From Vicugna vicugna (Eukaryota), in contig MU057744.1 of assembly GCA_013265495.1 (NCBI GenBank), forward strand, positions 1,056,001-1,120,000: 64,000 nucleotides of DNA. Reading direction: 5' to 3'. Shown here piece by piece: positions 53,301 through 62,300 of this stretch. Both the position numbers and the translations under genes were made by a program. Under the pieces are notes generated by a model. The model was given only the letters and a program-made list of their open reading frames with translations, was not told the DNA's origin and searched no databases. The first letter of the stretch is position 1. Each line of letters opens with the position of its first letter.

Positions 53301-56300
53301 CACACGTGCCTTGGCAGTACTGTCAGAGACAACAGCAGGCTGGCGAAGCCCAAGTCTGTGTAATACTGAAGTAACACAAAAGATCTGTCCTCGTAAACAA
53401 AAGAATGGAACAGTACTTTGTTCAGTACAAACACAACCAGTGAGTGCCTCACGCCAGAGGCAGCTGAGTACGGCTCGGATCATCACCCAGTGAGGATGGT
53501 TCAGGGGAGAGTCAGCCGTCAGACACAGAACACCGCAACCCTGAAAATCCGTGGTTCGGTGACACTTTCTGCAAAAGGGAGAGAGCACTGACTCTCTGTC
53601 TGCTGCCGCCCAAGCTGCCTCACACCTCATCCCTAGGATCCTAAGACGCAGCACCTGGGCCTCCGATTTTCAGTTCTGCTCTGACCCACAGGCCAGGCTG
53701 TCACTCTGCTCCACGCTCAACCTCCCAGACTCTGCAGCTCCTTACCACTGTGGTAATGACACCTTCCAGCTGCTTTATTTTCTTCTGTAACAAACTGAAG
53801 ACTCTTGTCGCAAATGGAAAGTGAGTTTCTTTTAAGGATGAACAGCAAGAAACAAGCACAGCCAGGACCACGTGGAAGGTCACTTTCTGCTTCGGGCTAC
53901 AGGGCTCCTTTTCTCCAATGCTTATTAAATCCTCCACCTCGGGAAACGAACATACTCCGTTATTGGTAGCTCTTGGTTTGCACATAAACAATTTTCTCTA
54001 CTTCTGCTTATCTAGGTATCCTGTATCTCGTATTTAGAGTGAGATGATAAATATAAAGTCTTAAAAAAGTAGTAAGCCTTGATTTCTGAGTAATTATAAA
54101 AATAAATAATTTCAGAAATTAACACTGAACGTCACTGTACTTGCCAACTAGATGTTTTTACATCTAATACCTCTGAAAGGTTTATTTACTAAAGGAAAAG
54201 AAAATTTCACCTCTTTTAGATTATTGTTATTTTAACAAAAAAAGTGACTTTACCATTTTAAACGAGAAAAAAAAGGTTAAAAAGTGCATGATATTGGAGT
54301 CCTTCTCCAATATACAACCACAATGAAATAAATGATACTAAATGTTATGAATTTTAAATGATCTGCAAAATATACTAAATAACATTATATATTTTTAAAA
54401 CAAAACAAAGTACTCAAGAATGGAACAGTTATTTTAAAAAAGGCTTTAGTAAAGCAGACACTGAGAATCCAGGGAGACGGGGAGAAGGAAGTCCAGGGGG
54501 TGGCGTGGACTTGGCTGCACACCCACCATCTTTAACATTGAAGAGGGGTCCTCTGACTTTATGTTGTCAGCCAGCAACTCAATCATCTTCTGATTTGCTG
54601 CACCGATTAGTTCTCCTGGCTTTGTGCTTTTAATCACATTTTCAAGAGCTGTTAAAAAAAAAAAGACTTGAACACCAGAGGGCACTTACATCACCAACAC
54701 TCACCTAAAGATCACACAGAGCAAGGAATTCAGGCAAAAGGTTTACAATTTCCTATGAAGGTTTGCTGTCTGTTTTTCCTTTCATCCAGTTCAGTGGGTC
54801 AGCTTCCTTTTCACTATATACTTTTCATCTTAGCAAAAATTTTAAACAGTCTTGCTAGCATGTAACAATTACAGCCAAGTTTTACCTGTACTTATCTTTT
54901 TTTTTTTTTTTTGGTCACCTGTTCACCTTTTCTAAAAAACAACTGAATTTCTTACCTTCTTTCCAACCTCTTAATACAGGGTGCAAAGAGCAAATTCCTG
55001 ATTTTGACAAATAGACAGCCATTTTCATCTCAGGGGATTCCACATCGTCACTGTCGATGACCATAAACGGCAGCAGATGCACCACCACCTGGTCTGACAG
55101 CTGACCATTCCCTCTCAGGACCTCTTCTCTAGTCAGTATGCCTGCTGCTATCTCGAGTACCTTGTACCTAAAAGATACGGAAGCACAATTCAGTTGAGAG
55201 ACACATTAGAGACTTGAGTTCAGCAAAGAATCATCCTGGTCTCTTTACCAAACCCATTACTCACAAATATCAAGACATCACTTAAAATCCATGCTAAGGG
55301 GAAAGGAAATAGCTCAGTGATAGAGCGTGTGCTTGGCACGCATGAGGTCCTGGGTTCAGTCCCCAGTATCTCCATTAAACCAACCAACCTAATCCCCCCC
55401 CCCCCCCCCCCCAAAATTGGAGTACAGTCAGTTACGATGTGTCAATTTCTGGTGTGCAGCACAGTGTCCTAGTCATACATGGCATATATTTGTTTTCACA
55501 TTATTTTCCATTAAAGGTTATCACAAGATATTGAACATAGTTCCCTGTGCGATACAGCAGAACTTTTTTTAAAAATCTATTTTTATATATAGTGGCTAAC
55601 ATTTGCAAATCTCAAACTCCAAAATTTAATCCCTTCCCACCCCCTTTCCCCAGTAACCATAAGATTGTTTACTACGTCTGCAAGTCTGGGACAGTAATCT
55701 TAAATGACCTCTGTCAAATCTTTTTTTTAAAGAAATCATTAGGTTAACCACAACGTTAAACATACTATTACACTATATGTCTCAAGTCCACTAGAAATCA
55801 GAGATTCACTTACAAGTCAAAAAATACTGTCCGAGCACACACCGTGCGCTAAGAACTAAACAGGCTACAAAAACCTACGACACGCCCTCAGCTTCCGAGA
55901 AGCTCAGTTGTTTTTCCATGCAAAAGCCCTGGTGTCAAAATGAAATGACAGAAGCCCAGCAAATACTACAGGGGGAACCATGTGCCTCTAAGCTCATTTT
56001 GTGTTTGTTTAATATATTCCTATTTGTTGTTAATTATAAAGTAACATACTACACTCATAAAAAATCAAACACACAGAACTATGCAAAGTACAAAACTAAA
56101 GCTCCTTCCCACCCTCCTCCCCAGATCTCAGCAACACATCACACATTATACTTCTCTTTCCACTGCATTAAGGAAAGTCTCAAACACAGAGAACAGCACA
56201 TGAACCCAAGCAAACCCAAATACAAGTGAGCTTGATATAAGAATTTCACCCATTTATCTGTGTAAGTGAATACGTACCATCCCCTATTTTTTGAAAGTTC

Positions 56301-59300
56301 TGCCCTTTGAAAAAGATTCAGAAGATTTGAAACTGTCACTTCTGAACTGAAGTGTTGTTTGAAAACCTAGAGGAAAAAAAAAACCATAAATAATTTTTAC
56401 TTGCTTCAAATACATACAGTGCTTGTTAAACAAAACTTAAGAAGTTACGAATTATGAAGAATGTATCTCCCAAGAACCCTAGTATCATCTAAGTTTGAGA
56501 GTGACTTCTCAAAAGCGGCGTTCATGGGCCAATTTTCCACAACCCCCAGGAATTCACTCTTGATAAAAATTCAGTGTCCTTTTCCTTCTTGAAAGAATTT
56601 CCAAATGCATAAAACAGTGCAGTCCAATTACTCCCATGAGCTCTCCCCAACCACGCTTAAGTCTGTGCCCTCAGGAGAACAAATTTCCCACGGGAGAATA
56701 ATTTCCCCATATATTCCTGCCAAGAGCAGAGCATCACGTGAGAAAGGGTAAGAAATACTTACAAACAAAACGTGCATTTCAAAACGAAGTCACTCACCTC
56801 AAAAGCGTTCACAGCTGACAAAACAACATCTATACTATCGTCGCCTAATCGGGTTAAAACAGCTTCTTGTATGAAAGACTCGTCGATACTCTCCTGAGCA
56901 ACAGAAAAAAAGTGTTCAGTTGTTGCTGAAACCTCTTGAGACATGACCCTAGAAAGGAAGCAGGAACACCCCAGAACACCCATCAGGGGGACACAGGCTC
57001 GCGGCCCCAGGTGCAAACGCAGAGCTAAGCACACCTGAGTGAACCAGGCAATCTCAGAAGCTCCTTGTAGATGAGTAGTTGGTACAAACTCTCCCCAGTT
57101 TCCACTGAAGATATAGTAAGATATGATGGAAATGCCATCGTGCTGAAGCAAGAGCCTAGGTACTGGGAGTGCACTGACTAAAGAACCAGACTGCCCAGGT
57201 CTCAACCCCGCTCCACCACCGCCGGGCCGTGTGACCTCGAGCAAGCTGCTTGCCCTTTCCAGGCCTCCCCGTCCTCATCTATGAAACAAGGCTACTGAGA
57301 GCGCCCACGTCAAAGGGCCGTTACAGGATTAAACGATACAAGCCCGTGCCTTAAACACTGTTAGAAGCTAGCTGCGAACTTTCAAGATTTTTACAAGGAC
57401 AGAGACACGCACTGAGAAGCCAGTCTGCCAAAAAAAAAAATAAATCCTATTTTTAAGTAACAAAAGACAATAAAGCATACGATCGTGCACCATGACAGGA
57501 AAATAAGACTAACCAAACCGAATCTCTCTCTACCCACAGATGGGGAGAGAGAAAAAAAAGAAACCCTACAAAAAAAAATGTGCATCAGAAGGTTGGGAGA
57601 CAAGAAGTAAAACCCCTAGAATTCACAAAACTGAAGTCAAAGCTTCATGTATCAAATGCCAGAATTTCCCCAAAAGCCAACAAAAACAGCCCAGTCTGGG
57701 TTCTAGAAGAGAAGAGAGCCTACTGCCTGCCACTGACGCAGAAGGGGAAGGAAGTCGAAGCAAAGACAGACGCCGACTGCAGCCACAGCACGCAGCCTGT
57801 GAAGATGAATGTCTGCATTGCGCTTTGTTGAAAAACTAACACATCCGGAGGCCAGGGGAGGCCAGGATCAAAAAAAGGAAGGCTGAGAGGGGCTTCCAGA
57901 CTCAGAGATTCCAGGATAACCTTTTAATTCTAGACACTACAATCTCCCTATTACAAGAAAGAACAGTATTCACTGAGTTTAATTATCAAACAAATCAATA
58001 AGACAAACTTATCAACCACTTTTAAAATTAGGTATAACTTAAAAATACAAAAGAACAAAAAAATCTTTTTTACATTACAAGTCAAATATTAAGGACAGTA
58101 AAATTCAAACTGAGATGAATTTAACGTGCTAATTACAATTAGCTGAAATTAAATCCTACATATAACATGCATATGGTTTTAACTGCCAGGACACAAGTCT
58201 GGGGTTCGGTGCGTGCACACCACTGTGTGCTGTGAGGAAACTAAGCTCTGCTACCGTGTTTCTCTTGCCCAGAAATTTTCCAGATATGCAAAAGGCAGTA
58301 CATGAAGTGATCTTAGAAACTACACAGATGAACAGTCCTATTTTAATTTTATTAAGAACAGTAAAATGTATATACAACTAGAACTTCAAACTCATGATAC
58401 GAAGGGCTATGTAAAGTAGATGAATTAGATGAGCTACGAGGACACAATGTGCAGCACAGGAAATACAGTCAGTGTTTTAGAACCACCTTGCATGGAGTAT
58501 AATCTACAAAAGTGCCCAATTACTAAGCTGTACACTTGAAACTAACAAGTCGACCATCACTTAATTTTAAAAAGCCTATGTAAAAAACGAGTCCACGTGA
58601 AGGACGCTGAAGAAAAGCTTTAAGGAAGCAGCGTCAGCGGTGAGCGAACGCGGCAAAAAGTCTGCTTGAATGGCTGACGTTGGGAAAACACCGCTCTGTG
58701 TGAATCACTGTGAAGTCTCTGTAAAACATCATTTTGGTATAAAAGCTTTGTCTACAAATTAAGTTAGCTTCTGTACTTACTACTTGGAGCCACCAAAATT
58801 TTAAACTGTGACTGGCAGGGACTGAAATCATAAGCAGGGCTCCAAAAGCGATCGCTCTGATGTCCCCAAACAGGCTCATGTTAAATTTAAGACTATCAAA
58901 TTCAAGCGTCAAAACTAGAAAATTCTGGTAACGTGTGAACCTCTGTGAATTAATCTATAAATTCTAGCCGGAAAAACTCACCTACAGCTTAACTAACCAC
59001 CTATGACAGGGAAACACAGGAGAACAGCTGCCACCCGGGCACACGGGTTACAGCGGTGGCTCCTGGCGTGCAAGGCCTGACTCTCCGTCCCGTGCACTCT
59101 CAGCCGCTTTATTGGGCTTATCTCTGTCATTAACACTGACTCTCGGTGGTGACTTCAGCTTCTTATTCTAGAATTACACTGTTCATCGTAAGGATAAGGA
59201 CGTTAGAAACGAACGCGGACACCAACCTGCGACGTTTCCATGATGTTTCTCAGATGATTAACGGCCAGAAGTCTCACAGGAGCAAGCGGATGATTCAGAC

Positions 59301-62300
59301 TGAGCATCAAGGAGGTATCAGAATCTGCTAAAAACTAGAGGATTCATCACAATTACCAAATGATTTTGCCATTAAATCTGAGCAGCGTGCTATCCAAAAG
59401 GAAAACCAGAGGAAACCACCCCAAGCTGCCCAACATGTTCAGTAACAACTGTCTGATTCCAGAGACCAAAAAGCAAAGCAAACCAAAGGTAAAAAGTTAA
59501 GCAAAATCTCTGCCTCCAGAACACAGTGTGAATTACAACGTTGTGATTTCGTGTATATCTGTGCCCTTAGGTTGAAAGCAGTGAAGTAATTCTGTATTCT
59601 TTATGTACATCTGATTCCAAGGTGAAAAACACCAAAGACAAATCACTGTATTAGCACCTAAATGAAAATATGAATTAAAAAAATTGATCGCTGAGTGCAG
59701 TCTACAAGAGGCAGGTAGGTCGGGCGTGAGTCAAGGCCGGGCCGACAGCCCTGCGCCAGAGCAAGCAGCAGCTGAGAGGAGCGCCACGCCACTAAGCCAA
59801 GGAAACCACCCCACCGAGTGGCCTCCTGGCCCCGAGCAGGTGCTGGCCTCAGCAGACAGGTGTGGAGGGGAGTGGGGGTGGAGGTCCCGCTGCCACGAGG
59901 AATCACAGCTGATTATGGAAGGCTCTCACAAGAGTAACGCTTCAGAAACAGCACCTCAATCTAACTCAACAGTTCAGGGACCCCCTATTCCTTGTATTAC
60001 TCAACAACCTCATCAGCAAGTGACGAGTCTCCGGACTCATTCAACACACGGGCTCCGCACAGAAAGCCCATGGGATCCTAGCACGGCGCCCATCTGCAGA
60101 GATCTTTTCAAAGATCGAGCTTCTGAAAATACCTGGGGCAGGAAAGGAGAAGGAGAAAACCCTGGAGTTTCTGCTGTCACTTCCAGTCTGATCAGACTAG
60201 CACCGGACGGCACACTGCCACTGCCCCTAGTGGAGCCTTATAGCTGGCCAGCCCAGGCAGATAGGGTCCAGGGGCTTCACATGCCTCCCACGACAAACTC
60301 AGAGGGTCCCCAGCAAGGCACAACGCTCCAGCAGGCACAAGCCTCTGCTGGGTGGTAATACTTGTGCGCAGCAACCAGGCAGCTGCATAAACCACGCCGG
60401 GAGCTACACAGACACACCTTCAGCCACTTGCTACCACAAACTGCGGTGATGGCATCTCCTGTGCCCTTACATCTCAGACAACTCCGACAGAGGGCCCCCA
60501 AGGAAAGGAGAAATAAGACTGATGAAAAACACAGCAGCTGCTCAAGAACGCCACAGAGAGAAGAAAGAGTGTGTGAAATACTGGAAAACCGAGCTACAGT
60601 CCTGGAAAATCAAAGTAAAAATCTAACAGAAAAGTTAAAAACTCTGAAGGATCTTTATTCTAATAAAAGTGCTTGATTCTTAAAGAAAATACTTCTGCAG
60701 ACTTGCCTAAAAAGTAGATGGGGTTCTTTTCTTTTTGATGGAGCTTTATAAATTAAAAGGTCAAAAATGAAGCTTTTTATTTAGGCTTTTGCAACTCAAA
60801 AATATCTTATGCAAGAGATCTGGTGACAGAGGATAAAGCAGAAAATGACCTCAAGGAAGTTACTGGCACAACTGGAAGCTCTGTAAAAATTAAACCTACT
60901 CAAGAAGAAATGAACGTTCACCAGCTACCACCAATAGATTCTAAACTACAAGCAGAAAAGCTGACACATAACTATATATATAAATTATGTGCTCTGATTA
61001 CATGCGCTTGTTCTACTGTCGGATCTTAAATGGGTGTTTAAAAGCTTGTTTATTGGACTTGAAAGGGTTCTGAGATGGGGTTAATCATGTTTGAGGCCTT
61101 GTCCTAAAAGGCATCTAAGGTGCATGAATGGAGTGTGGTGACTCTGTAACAGTTTTTATCAGAATGCAAAGAGAATTGTTTAAAAGTCTGATGCTTTTAG
61201 TTCGTTTTTTTGGTTACTCTGGGAATGGGGATTTCCTACAAATATTTAATAAATTGTTTTTTGATTCTCTACTCCAACTGCAGTTGAACATACACTACTT
61301 ATTTTGTTGTGCTTTACCAGAATGGAATGCTTACAGGCCCTTGAGATGATATTAGAGGATTTAAAAATCTTTCTGAAGATGCAGACCAAGGTTTTCCAAG
61401 AAGATTTTATAATCAATTTAATGCAAGGTTTATCAGATTCTAAAACAGTAGCGTTATTAAGGCAATTTTATGTTAGAGACTGTTTTGTAATGTACCAAAT
61501 GGTACCTATGTAAGGAAAGTGACTGTCAAGATATTTTTATAGCTAATCTTTATAAATTCTGAAGTTGTTTTTAATTATTATTTTAAAGGTTTATATAGGT
61601 TGTTAGTTAAAAGAAGTATTCTGCACCTCAGAGCATCATTTTTGTATTATGAGAAGTTTCCAGATTGGCTGGTATTTGAACTGTAGGTTTTGTATGCAGT
61701 TTACCCAGAGTTCAAAACCGCTGGTCAGTACACCCGGGTTTAAACCTCTGTGTTCCAATCTGTACATACTCTGAAATTGTCCCGCAAAACTCCTGTGTGC
61801 TTCTTATACAATACGTATCACATTGTTGTCTATGAAATCGAAGGACATTTGATAAAATTTTTAAAAATTGATCACTGAAGAGAGAATGCAATTTATCTGA
61901 ATGATACAACAGTGACATTCAGATTAGTGACAACTTAGGTTATTTACGTATTTCGACTAAGAAGGAAGTCCATCAACCTACAATTTGGGAATAAAATACC
62001 AATAAAGATCAAAGCCTAATTACGGATGAGAACAACCAAAATAATTATACTTTTATTCATAATATTTATTTTCTAGGCTAATTATAAGAACTACTTAAAC
62101 GTCTAACTTTTAGTATAAAGACTTAGGGTGAATTACCAGAAAATCCCTGAAGTTCTAACATAACACTTTCCCTAAGTATGACATGCACAGTTATTAAAAA
62201 ATTAATTGCACCCTTCTCCAGTTATCTAATTCCTGTCTCAGAGTCTTACTTCAGGTGACGAGGCAAACCTGCATAAAACCTTCTCTCTCCATGAAACTTT

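Noticed and set aside
59684..60676. ORFs of 224 and 104 aa as a functional ATF1 paralogue
   Set aside because: Multiple frameshifts and stops; the KID phosphosite and basic region are out of frame
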